From an uncultured Acidobacteriota bacterium (GTDB lineage: Bacteria; Acidobacteriota; Thermoanaerobaculia; Multivoradales; UBA5704): 64,000 bases of DNA. Location of the stretch: contig CAVYRF010000002.1 in assembly GCA_963770895.1 (NCBI GenBank), positions 1,728,001-1,792,000 of the forward strand, written 5' to 3'. How positions within the stretch are numbered: the stretch's first letter is position 1; every line of letters starts with the position of its first letter. The notes beneath the pieces are model-generated. The model was not told the DNA's origin and made no database searches. It saw nothing but the letters and a program-made list of their open reading frames with translations. Positions 26,601-38,600 of this stretch are shown here, piece after piece. A program made the translations under genes and the position numbers.

Positions 26601-29600
26601 CGACGCCGGTGTCGGCGCCGGCGATGGCCGACGAGCTGCGCGAGCACCTGCGCCGGCTGCTGCCGGACGCGATGGTGCCGTCCGCCTTCGTCATCCTGCC
26701 CAGCCTGCCGCTCACCGCCAACGGCAAGCTCGACGTCAAGGCGCTGGCGCGCCTGCGTCCGGAGCGTGCCGCGGCCCGCGCTGCGGACGAGGCGGACGCG
26801 GCGGCGCGCGGTGCGGCGGCGCTGTCTCCCGGCGCGGAGCTGGTGGCGGGGATCTTCGCCGAAGTCCTCGGCCTGGCGCACGTCGCGGCGGAGGAGAGCT
26901 TCTTCAGCCTGGGCGGCCATTCCCTGCTCGCCATGCAGGCCGCCTCGCGGGTGCAGGCCGTCTTCGGCGTCGAGCTGCCGGTGCGGGCGCTCTTCGAAGC
27001 GCCCACCGCCGCTGGCCTGGCGCGCTGGATCGAGCGTGCGGTCACGGGCGCAGCGGCGGGCGCGGGCGCGCCGGAGCCGCCCCTGACGGCCGGCGCCAGG
27101 CCGGCGCCGCTGCCGCTCTCCTTCGCCCAGGAGCGCCTGTGGTTCCTCGATCGGCTGGCCCCCGGCGAGGCGGTGTACAACGTGCCGGGCGCTCTGCGCC
27201 TGCGCGGCGACCTGGCCGCCGGCGCGCTGGCGGCGGCGCTCGCCCAGCTTGCCGTCCGGCACGAGGCGCTGCGCACCGTGTTCGTCGTGCCGCCGGGAGC
27301 GGCACGGCCGGTGCAGTGCGTGCTGCCGGCGTCCGATCCGGCGTCGGCGCCGGCGGCGCCGCCGGTCACCGAGATCGACCTGGGGGCCCTCACCCCCGCC
27401 GCTGCCGAGCGCGAAGGCCGGCGGCTGCTCGAAGCCGAGGCCGGGCGTCCCTTCGATCTCAGCCGCGGGCCGCTGTGCCGCGCCCTCCTGCTGCGGTTGC
27501 CGCGCCGGCAGCCGCGCGAGAGCCTGCTGCTGGTCAACCTCCATCACATCGTGACCGACGGGTGGTCGCTCGGGGTGCTGTTCGACGACCTGGCGGCGCT
27601 CCTCACCGCCGCGCCGCTGCCGCCGCTGCCGGTGCAGTACGCCGACTACGCGGTGTGGCAGCGGCGGCGCATGCAGGGCGAGCCGCTGGCGCGCTCGCTC
27701 GCCGCCTGGCGCACCCTGCTTGCCGGCGCGCCGCCCACGCTGGACCTGCCGCTCGACCTGCCGCGCCCGCCGCTGCAGACGTTCCGCGGCGGCGTCGTCG
27801 AGATCGATCTGCCCGAGGAGCCGAGCCGCGACCTCCGCCAGCTGGCCCGCCGGGAGGGCGCGACGCTGTTCATGACGCTGCTGGCCGGCCTGGGCGTGGT
27901 GCTCTCCCGCTACAGCGCCCAGGCTCAGGTGGTGATCGGCACGCCGGTCGCCGGCCGCCCGCGCCGCGAGCTGGAACGGCTGATCGGTCTGTTCGTCAAC
28001 ACGCTGGCGCTGCCGGTGGCGGTGGATGAGGCGGAACCCTTCGCCGCGCTCCTGGCCCGCGTCCGCGCCGCCGCGCTCGTCGCCTATGCGCACCAGCAGG
28101 TGCCGTTCGAGCGCCTGGTCGAGGAGCTGGCGCCGCGGCGCGACCTGTCGCGCTCGCCGCTGTTCCAGGTGCTGCTGGCCACCGCCGAGGAGGCGCCGCG
28201 GCCACGGCTTCCCGGCGTCGAGGCCGAGCGCATCCCGCTGCACAACGGCACCGCCAAGTTCGATCTCACCGTGACGCTCGCGGCCGAGCCGCGGCTGCGC
28301 GGCACCATCGAGTACAACCGCGACCTGTTCGACCGCGCCACCGTGCGGCGCCTGGCGGGCAGCCTGGCGACGTTGCTGGGCCGCGTCGCCGCGCACCCCG
28401 AGCAGCGCCTGGCGAGCGCCGGCATGCTGTCCGCGTCCGAGGCGTGGCAGCTGGCCGGCGAGTGGAACGCCGCGGCGAGCCCGGCCGCCGCCTTGGAGCG
28501 CACCGGCACCGCCGATCCGTCCGACCTCTACGGGGTCTTCGCCCGCCAGGCCGCGCGCTCGCCGCGGGCCGAGGCGCTGGTCTGGGGCGAGCAGCGCCTG
28601 ACCTATGGCGAGCTCGCGGCGCGGGCGTCGGGCCTGGCCGCCCTGCTGCGGCGGCGGGGCGTGGGGGCGGAGACGCTGGTCGGGCTCTTCTTGCCGCGCA
28701 CGCCGGCGCTGGTCGAGGCGATGCTGGCGGTGGTCGCGGCGGGGGGCGCCTACGTGCCGCTCGACCCCGCACATCCGCGCGAGCGCCTGGCGCACGTGCT
28801 CGCCGACAGCGGCGCCGTGCTGGTGCTGAGCGATACCGCCCTGGCCGGCCGGCTGCCGCCGGTGACGATGCCGGTCGTCTGCCTCGACGCCCTGCCGCCG
28901 GCCGCGGCGCCCGCCCGGTCGCCGGCGCGCGCTGGCCTGCCGGGGGCCGCGGCCGCCGCCCGCCATCCGGAGCGGCTGACGCACGTGATCTACACGTCGG
29001 GCTCGACCGGCCGGCCGAAAGGGGTGGCGGTGCGCCAGGCCGGCGTGCTGGCCCTGGTCGGCTGGGCGCGCGCGGCGTTCTCCGTCCAGGACCTGGCGGG
29101 AGTCCTGGCCGCGACGCCGATCGGCTTCGACGTGTCGGTCTTCGAGCTCTGGGTCACGCTCTGCCTGGGCGGCCGGGCGATCCTGGTGGAGAACGTCCTG
29201 GCGCTGGCCGACGGGTCGCTCGCCCCGGCCGCGGCGGCGGCGGTGACGCTGATCTGTGCAGTGCCTTCGGCCATGGCCGAGCTGCTCCGTCTGGGGGCGC
29301 TGCCGCCCGCGGTGCGGGTGGTGAACCTGGCTGGCGAGGCGCTGCCGCGCCAGCTGGCGGCGCGGCTCACGGCGCTGCCGGGGATGGCGGCGGTCTACAA
29401 CATCTACGGCCCCACCGAGGACACCACCTATTCGACCTGGGCCCGCGTCCCTGCCCGGCCGGCGCAGGCGCCGCCCATCGGGCGCCCGGTTGCCGGCTCG
29501 CGCGCCTACCTGCTGGACGCGGACCTGCTGCCGGTGCCGCTGGGGGCCATGGGCGAGCTGTGGCTGGGCGGCGCGTCCCTCGCCCGCGGCTATTGGTCCC

Positions 29601-32600
29601 AGCCGGCCTTGACGGCGGAGCGCTTCCGCCCCGACCCCTTCGCCGCGGCGCGGGGGGAGCGCGGCGCCCGCCTCTACCGCACCGGCGACCTGGCGCGCTT
29701 CCGCCACGACGGCGCGCTCGACTACCTGGGCCGCCGCGACCACCAGGTGAAGGTGCGCGGGTTCCGCATCGAGCTGGGAGAGATCGAGGCGGTGCTGCAG
29801 GCGCATCCGCGCGTGGCGCAGGCGGCGGTCGTGGCCCGCGACGACGGGCGCGGCGACCTGCGGCTGGTGGCGTACGTGGCAGGGGCGGCGGGGGACGACC
29901 TGCGCGACTACCTGCGGCAGCGCCTGCCGGGCTACATGGTGCCGGCGGCGTTCGTCCTCCTGGCGGCCCTGCCGCTGACCGCCAGCGGCAAGGTGGACCG
30001 CGGCGCCCTGCCGGAGCCGACCGGCAGCTGGGGCGAAGTGGACGGCAGGCGCGCGCACGTCCCGCCGCGCACGCCGGTCGAAGAGCTGGTCGCCGGGATC
30101 TGGGCCGACCTGCTGGGCATCGAAGAGATCGGCGCCGCCGACGATTTCTTCGCCCTGGGCGGCCATTCGCTGCTCGCCACCCAGCTGGTGTCGCGTCTGC
30201 GCGCGGCGTTCGCGGTGGAGCTGCCGCTGCGCGCCGTGTTCGCCAACCCGACGCTGGCGGCGCTGGCGGCGGCGGTCGACGCGGCGCGCGCCGCGTCCGC
30301 CGGCGGCGAGGGCGAACCGGGGCAGGCGCAGGCGGCCGGCGCCGGGGTCGTGCCGGTGCCGCGCGACGGCAGGGCGCTGCCGCTGTCCTTTGCGCAAGAA
30401 CGGCTGTGGTTCCTGGACCAGCTGGAGCCGGGCGGCGTCGCCTACTCGCTGCCGGTGGCGGCGTGGCTGGCGGGGCCGCTGCGGGTGCCGGCGCTGGCCG
30501 CGGCCCTGGAGTCGGTGGTCGGCCGCCACGAAGCGTTGCGCACGTACTTGCGAATGGGAGTCGCGGCGCCCGAGCAGGTGATCGTGCCGCCGGCGCCGCT
30601 GGCCCTGCCGGTGGCGAGCGTCGAGGCGCTGCCGGCGGCGGTGCGCCAGGACGCGGCGATGCGTCTGGCGGCGGCAGCGGCGGCGCGGCCTTTCGACCTG
30701 GCGCGCGGGCCGCGAGATCCGGCGAGTGCCGGCGGGCCACCGCGGCCTGCCGGCCTGCTGCGGGTGTTGCTGGTGCGGTTGGACGCGGAGCGGCACCTGC
30801 TGGTGCTCAACCTGCACCACGTGGTGAGCGACGGCTGGTCCATGGGGGTGCTGCTGCGCGAGGTGGCGCAGGGGTACGCGGCGTATGCGTCCGGGCGGCG
30901 GCCGGCGCTGCCCGAGCTGCCGGTCCAGTACGCGGACTACGCGATCTGGCAGCGGCAGCGGCTTGCCGGCCAGGTGCTGGATCGCCAGGTGGCCTGGTGG
31001 CGGCAGCGGCTGGCCGGCGCGCCGGCGACGCTGGACCTGCCGGCGGACCGGCGGCGCGGCCTGCTGCCGGTGGCAATCGCGGCCGCGGCAACGGCGGCCG
31101 CTGCCGGCGAGCCGGGCGGCAGCGTGCCGCTGGCGCTGCCGGTGGCCCTGGAAGCCGCATTGCGCGGCGCCGCGGCGCGCGGCGGCGTGACGGTGTTCAT
31201 GCTGCTGCTGGCGGCGTTCCAGGCGTTGGTGGCGCGGCTCGCGGGCCAGGAGCGGGTGGTCGTGGGGTCGCCGATCGCCAATCGCACCCGCCGCGAGATC
31301 GAAGGGTTGATCGGATTTTTCGTCAACACGCTGCCGCTGCCGGCGGACCTGTCGGGCGGCCCGTCGGTGGTGGACTTCCTGGGTCAGGTGCGCGACACGA
31401 CGCTGGGAGCGTACGCCCACCAGGAGGTGCCGCTCGAAAAGCTGGTGGCCGAGCTGGCGCCGGATCGCAGCCTGGGCCGCAACCCGCTTTTCCAGGTAGT
31501 CCTGGCGCTGCAGAACGCGCCCCTGCCGGCGTTCGACCTGGGCGGCCTGCGCCTGGCGCCGGTCGCGTTGCCCACCACGACGGCCAAGTTCGACCTGACG
31601 CTGGCGCTGGCGCCGGGCGCGAGCGGTCTTGGCGGCGCTGCCGGCATGGCCGGCACGCTCGAATACGCGCGCGCCCTCTTCGATCGCGCCACCGCCGGGC
31701 GGCTGGCGGCCAGCTACCTGACCCTGCTGGCGGCGATGGCGTCTGCCCTGGGCGCCGCGGAGGCGCCGGCCGCGCGCGTTGCGGAGCTGCCGCTGCTGTC
31801 GGCGGCCGAGCTGCAGCAGCTGCGGGAGTGGCGTGGCGAAGCCGAGCTTCCGGTGGCGCCGGAGGCGGGGCGCGAGACGATCGCATCGCTGTTTGCGGCG
31901 CAGGCGGCGCGCACGCCGGACGCGGTGGCGGTGGCTGCGGCCGGCGGGGGCGATGTCAGCGGTGTCGGCGATGTGCGCGATGTCCGCAGCGAGGCGGTGA
32001 CCTACGGCGAGCTGCGCCGGCGGGCGGGGGTCCTGGCGGACCGCTTGCGGGCTGCCGGGGTGGGGCCGGAGGTGCCGGTGGGTCTGCTGGCCGAGCGGTC
32101 GGTGGGGATGGTGGTGGCGACGCTCGCGGTGCTGGAGGCGGGCGGCGCCTACGTGCCGCTCGACCCCGCGGCGCCGCCGGCGCGGCTGGCGCGGCTGCTG
32201 GCCGAAGTGAGCCTGCCGGTGATCGTCGCCCAGCGGCACCTGGCCGCCGGCCTGCCCGCCGCCGCGGGGCTGGCAGGGATGGTGGTGGAGATCGACGGCG
32301 GCGGCATCGCCAGCTCGCCGGCGGCTCCCCCGCGTCCACGTCCCGCCGCGCCGCCGGCTTGGTGCGAGCCGGACGGGCTGGCATACGTGATGTTCACGTC
32401 GGGTTCGACGGGCACGCCCAAGGGCGTGGCGGTGACGCAGCGCGGCGTGGTGCGCCTGGTGCGGCGGACGTCGTACGCGCGGTTCGGTGCGGACCAGGTG
32501 TTTTTGCAGCTGGCGCCGATCGGCTTCGACGCGGCGACGTTCGAGATCTGGGGAGCGCTGCTCAACGGCGGCCGTCTGGTGCTGGCGCCGCCGGGACCGG

Positions 32601-35600
32601 TTTCGACGTCGGAGCTGGGGGAGCTGCTGGCGCGCCAGGGGGTGACGACGCTGTGGCTGACGGCGGGTCTGTTCCACGAGATGGTGGAGCAGAACCTGCC
32701 AGGTCTGCGTCCTGTGCGTCAGCTGCTGGCGGGCGGCGACGCGCTGTCGCCGGCGCTGGTGTCACGGGCATTATCCGGCCTGCCGGGGACGCGGCTGATC
32801 AACGGCTACGGTCCGACGGAAGGGACGACGTTCAGCTGCTGCGCCACGGTCACCGCCGAGTCGGTGGGAGCGACGGTGCCGATCGGGCGCCCGATCGCCG
32901 GCACGGAGGTGGCGGTGGTGACGGGTGAGGACCAGCCGGCGGGGGTGGGTGTGCTGGGCGAGCTGGTGGTGGGCGGGCAGGGCCTGGCGCGGTGCTACTG
33001 GGGCCGTCCGGAGCTGACGGCGGAGCGATTCCGGCCGGACGCGGGCGGCCCTTCCGGCGGTCGGGTGTACCGGACGGGGGACCGGGTGCGTTGGCTTGCC
33101 GGCGGCAGCCTGGAGTTTGCCGGCCGTCTGGACCGGCAGGTGAAGATCCGCGGCTACCGCATCGAGCCGGGCGAGATCGAGGCGGCGCTGCGTTCGCACC
33201 CGCGGGTGACGCAGGCGGCGGTCGTGGTGCGCGCTGCCGGCGACGCTGCCGGCGCCGCTGCCGCTGCCGGTGACGGGGGCGTAGGCGGAGGCGACAAGCG
33301 GCTGGTGGCATACGTGGCGGGGGCGGAAGGGGACGACCTGCGCGGCTATCTGCAGGAGCGCCTGCCGGGCTACATGGTGCCGGCGGCGTGGGTCCGCCTG
33401 GCGTCGCTCCCCCTCACCGCCAACGGCAAGGTCGACCGCGCCGCCCTGCCCGAGCCCGCGGCCGCCGACCGAGGCGGGGAGCGCGAGCGGTTCCACGTCG
33501 CGCCGCGCACCCCGGTCGAAGAGCTGGTCGCCGGGATCTGGGCCGATCTGCTGGGCATCGAGCAGGTCGGCGCCGGCGACGACTTCTTCGCCCTGGGCGG
33601 CCACTCGCTGCTCGCCACCCGGCTGGTGTCGCGCCTGCGCGCGGCGCTCGCGGTAGAGCTGCCGCTGCGCGCGGTGTTCGCCAACCCGACGCTCGCGGGG
33701 CTGGCGGCGGCGGTCGAAGAAGCCCGCGTCCTGCCTGCCGGCGGCGTCGACTCGGCGCGCCGCGGCCCTGCCGGCGCCCCGCTCCTGCCGGCGCCGCGCG
33801 ACGGCGCGCCCCTGCCGCTTTCGTTCGCCCAGGAGCGGCTGTGGTTCCTCGACCAGATGGAGCCGGGCACGACGGCCTACAACATGCCCCTCCAGGTCGA
33901 GCTCACCGGCCGGCTGCTGCCGCCGGCCCTGGCGGCGGCGCTGGCCGAGGTGGTGCGCCGGCACGAGGCGCTGCGCACCACCTTCACGGCCGCCGGCGGC
34001 ACGCCGCGCCAGCACGTCGCGCCCGCCGCCGGCACCTTCCCGCTGCCGCTGCTGGACCTGGCCGGGCTGCCTGCCGCCCGCCGCGAGCGCGAGGCGGAGC
34101 GCCTGGGCCGCGAGCAGGCCGCCGTGCGCTTCGCGCTCGACCGCGGGCCGCTGTTCACGGCGCTGCTGGTGCGGCTGGGCGCGGAGCGCCACCGCTTCCT
34201 GGCGACGCTCCACCACGTCATCGCCGACGGCTGGTCGGTGAGCGTCCTGGTGCGCGAGCTGGCGGCGCTCTACGCGGCCGTCCGCGCCGGCCTGCCGTCG
34301 CCGCTGCCGGCGCCGCCCATCCAATACGCCGACTTCGCGCTCTGGCAGCGCGGCTGGCTGGCGGCGTTGGAAGCGACCGAGCTGGCCTATTGGGAGTCGC
34401 AGCTGGGCGGCGAGGTGGCGAGCGTCGAGCTGCCCGCCGACCGGCCGCGTCCGGCGATCCAGACCTACCGCGGCGGGCGCCGCCGGCTGGCGCTGACGCC
34501 CGAGCTGACCGCGCGCCTCAAGGGCTTCGGCCGCGCCGCGGGGACGACGCTCTTCATGACGCTCCTGGCCGCCGTCAAAGCGCTGCTGTGCCGCCACAGC
34601 GGCGAGCACGACGTGCCGGTGGGCGCGCCGGTCGCGGGCCGCCGCTGGCAGGAGACGGAGGCGCTGATCGGGTGCTTTCTCAACACACTGGTCCTGCGCA
34701 CCGATCTGGCGGGTCCGCCCACCTTCCGCGAGCTGGCGGCGCGGGTGCGCGCCGTGACGCTCGCGGCGTACTCCCACCAGGACGTGCCGTTCGAGGCGGT
34801 GCTCAACCGCCTGCGCCTGGCGCGCGACCTGTCGCGGGCGCCGCTGTTCCAGGTGCTGTTCAACATGCTGAACCTGCCGGCGTGGGACGCCTCCCTGCCG
34901 GGGCTCGACCTGCGCATCCTCGCCGTCGCCGACACGCCGTCCAAGTTCGACCTCACCTTCTACGTCGCCGAGGCCGATGCCGGCGTCGCGATCGACCTGG
35001 TCTACAACGCCGACCTCTTCGACGAAGCGCGCATGGCCGACGTCCTGGCGCAGCTGGCGCAGTTTCTCGCCCAGGCCGTCGAGCGGCCGGACGAGCCGAT
35101 CGACCGCCCGTCGCTCGCCACCGCCGCGGCGCTGGCGCTGCTGCCCGACCCCGCGGCGCCGCTGGACGCGGGCTGGATCGGCGCCGTGCACGAGCTGTTC
35201 GCGGCGCAGGCCGAGCGCGCGCCGGGACGCTTGGCAGTGGCCGACCCGGACGTCGAGTGGACCTACGGCGAGCTGCTCGCGGGGACGCGGCGCGTCGCCG
35301 GCTGGCTCGCCGGCCGGGGGGTGCGCGCCGGCGACCCGGTCGCCATCTTCGCCCATCGCAGCGCGCCCCTGGTGGAGGCCGTCGTCGGCGCCCTCACCGC
35401 CGGCGCCGCCTTCATGGTGCTCGATCCGGCGTACCCGCCGGCGCGTCAGGTCGAGATGCTGGACCTGGGCGCGCCGCGCGCCGCGCTGGCGCTCGCCGCC
35501 GCCGGGCCGCTGCCGCCCGAGGTGCAGTCGTGGCTGGGCGCGGCGGGCTGCGCCTGCCTGGAGCTCCCGGCGGGCGGCACCGCGGCGGTCCCGGCGCTGG

Positions 35601-38600
35601 CCGGGTTCGGCGGGTTCGGCGCCGCCGCCCCGCCGGCGCGGGTCGGCCCCCATGACGTGGCCTGCATCGGCTTCACCTCCGGCTCGACCGGCGGTCCCAA
35701 GGCCATCGCCGGGCTGCACGGCCCGCTGTCCCACTTCCTGCCGCGCCACTGCCAGGTCTTCGAGCTCGGCCCGGACGATCGCTTCTCGCTGCTGTCGGGC
35801 CTGGCGCACGACCCGCTGCAGCGCGACATCTTCACGCCGCTCTTCCTGGGCGCCGCCATCGTCGTCCCCGACCCCGCCGACAGCGGCATCGCCGGCCGCT
35901 GGGCGCGCTGGATGCGCCGCCGGGGCGTGACCGTGGCGCACCTCACGCCGGCGCTCGGCCAGCTGCTCGCCGAACGGCCGCCGGACGGCGAGCTGATCGA
36001 GGTGCCCAGCCTGCGCCGCGTCTTCCTGGTCGGCGAGGCCCTCACCTGCCGCGACGTGGCCCGCCTGCGCGCCATGGCCCCGGCGGTGACCTGCCTCAAC
36101 CTGTACGGCTCGACCGAGACCCAGCGCGCCGTCGGCTTCCACCGGGTGACGGCGCGGGAGGCGGAGTCGGATGCGGCGCGCGACAAACAGGTGTTGCCGC
36201 TCGGCCGCGGCATCGACGACGTGCAGCTGCTGATCGTCAACCCTGCCGGGCGGCTCGCCGGTATCGGCGAGGTCGGCGAGATCGCCGTGCGCAGCCCGCA
36301 CCTGGCCCGCGGCTACCTGCGCAACCCCGCGCTGTCGGCCGAGCGGTTCCAGGTCAACCCATTCACCGGCGCGCCCGGCGACCGCGTCTACCGCACCGGC
36401 GACCTGGGCCGCTACCGGCCCGACGGCGAAGTGCTGTTCGCCGGCCGCTCGGACTTCCAGGTCAAGCTGCGCGGCTTCCGCATCGAGCTGGGAGAGGTCG
36501 AGGCGGTCCTGCTGCGCCATCCCGCGGTGCGCGAAGCGGTGGTGGTGCTGCGCGGCGACCTGCCGGGGGGCAGCGGCCTGGCCGCCAACGTGGTCGTCCA
36601 CGGCGCCTCCCCTGAGAGCGCCGAGAGTGCGGACGACAGCACCCAGGCGCTGCGCGCCTGGCTGGCACACCGTCTGCCCGCCTACATGGTGCCGGCGGCC
36701 TTCGTGCGGCTGCCCGCCATCCCCCGCACCGCCAACGGCAAGGTGGACCGCCGCGCCCTGGAGCGCATCCCCTTGCCGCACGCCGACCAGGGCGCCGCCG
36801 CCCCCGCCGCCGGCCCGCGCACCCCCGCCGAGGAGCTGCTGGCGGGCATCTGGGCGCAGGTGCTCGGCCGCGAGCGGATCGCCGCCGCCGACAGCTTCTT
36901 CGACCTGGGCGGCCATTCGCTGCTCGCGACCCGCATGACGTCGCGGGTCCAGGAGGTGTTCGGCGTCGAGCTGCCGCTGCGGCGGCTGTTCGCCAACCCC
37001 ACCCTGGCGGCGCTGGCGGCGGACCTGGCGGCGAGCGCGCGGCCGGTGGCGCTGGCGGCGGCGCCGGGCGTGCCGCGGCTCACCCGCCGCCTGCAGCACG
37101 CCGGCCGCGGCGAGGGCCTGCCGCTGTCGTTCGCCCAGCAGCGGCTGTGGTTCCTCGACCGCCTGGAGCCCGGCCCGCTGTACAACATGAGCTCGGCGCT
37201 GCGCCTGACGGGCGCCCTGCACACGGCGGCGCTGGCCGCGGCCCTGCAGGCGATCGTCGCCCGCCACCAGGCGCTGCGCGCCACCTTCGACGGCGCGGAC
37301 GGCATGCCGCTCCAGCGCGTGGCGCCGCCGCACGCCGTGCCGCTGCCGGTCGTCGACCTGGCCGCCCTGCCGGCGGCGTGCCGCGACCGCGAGCTTGCCC
37401 GCGGCGGCGCCGCCGGCATCGCCCGCCCATTCGACCTGGCGCGCGGTCCGCTGCTGCGCGCCACGCTGTTCCGCCTGGGCGCGGGCGATCACGTGCTGGT
37501 GATCGTCGTGCACCACATCGCCGCCGACGGCGCGTCGATCGGCATCTTCGCGCGCGAGCTGTCGGCGCTGTATGCCGGGCTGGTCGGCGGCCAGCCGCCG
37601 TCGCTGCCGCCGCTGCCGGTGCAGTACGCCGACTACTCCGTGTGGCAGCGCGACTGGCTGCAAGGCGACCGGCTGGCGGCGCTGCTCGACGCCTGGCGCG
37701 ACCGCCTGGCCGGCGCTCCCGCCGGTCTCGAGCTGCCCACCGACCGGCCGCGGCCGGCGGTGCAGAGCTTCCGCGGCGCCAGCCTGCCGGTCGAGCTGGC
37801 GCCGCCGGCCGTGCGGGGCCTGCGCGCCCTGGCGCGCGGCCACGGCACGACGCTCTTCATGGCGCTGCTCGCCGCCTTCCAGGTGCTGCTGCACCGGCTG
37901 AGCGGGCAGGACGACCTGGTCGTCGGCTCGCCCATCGCCGGCCGCAACCAGGTGGCGATCGAGGGGCTGATCGGCCTCTTCGCCAACACCTTGGCCCTGC
38001 GCAGCCGCCTTGACGGGCGCCCGGCCTTCCGCCAGGTGCTGGCACAGGCGCGCGACACCGTGCTGGACGCCCATGCCCTGCAGGACCTGCCGTTCGAAAG
38101 GCTGGTCGAAGAGCTGCGGCCGGAGCGCGACCTGGGCCGCTCGCCGCTGTTCTCGGCGATGCTGGTGCTGCAGGACCCCGCCGCCGGCCTGCCGGAGCTG
38201 CCGGGCCTGGCGGTCACGCCGGTCGCCCTGGCCCCCGCCACGGCGCGCTTCGATCTGCTGCTCTCCCTGGCCGAAACCGGCGAGCGCCTGGCCGGCCGCG
38301 TCGAGATCGCCGCCGACCTGTTCGACCGCGCCACCGCCAAACGCTGGCTCGCGGCGCTGGCCGCGCTGGTCGAAGCGGCCGCCGCCGACCCCGGCTGCGC
38401 CGCGGGCGACCTGCCGCTGCTCTCAGCCGCCGAGCGCTTTGCGCTGTGCACGGAGTGGAACGACAGCGCGGCGTTGTCCGCCGGGTCCGCCGGGTCCGCC
38501 GCGCCCACCACCCTGCCGCAGCTCTTCGCGCAGCACGCCGCGCGCACGCCGCTGGCGCCGGCCTGCGCCGACGCCCATGTCCGCCTGACCTACGGCGAGC

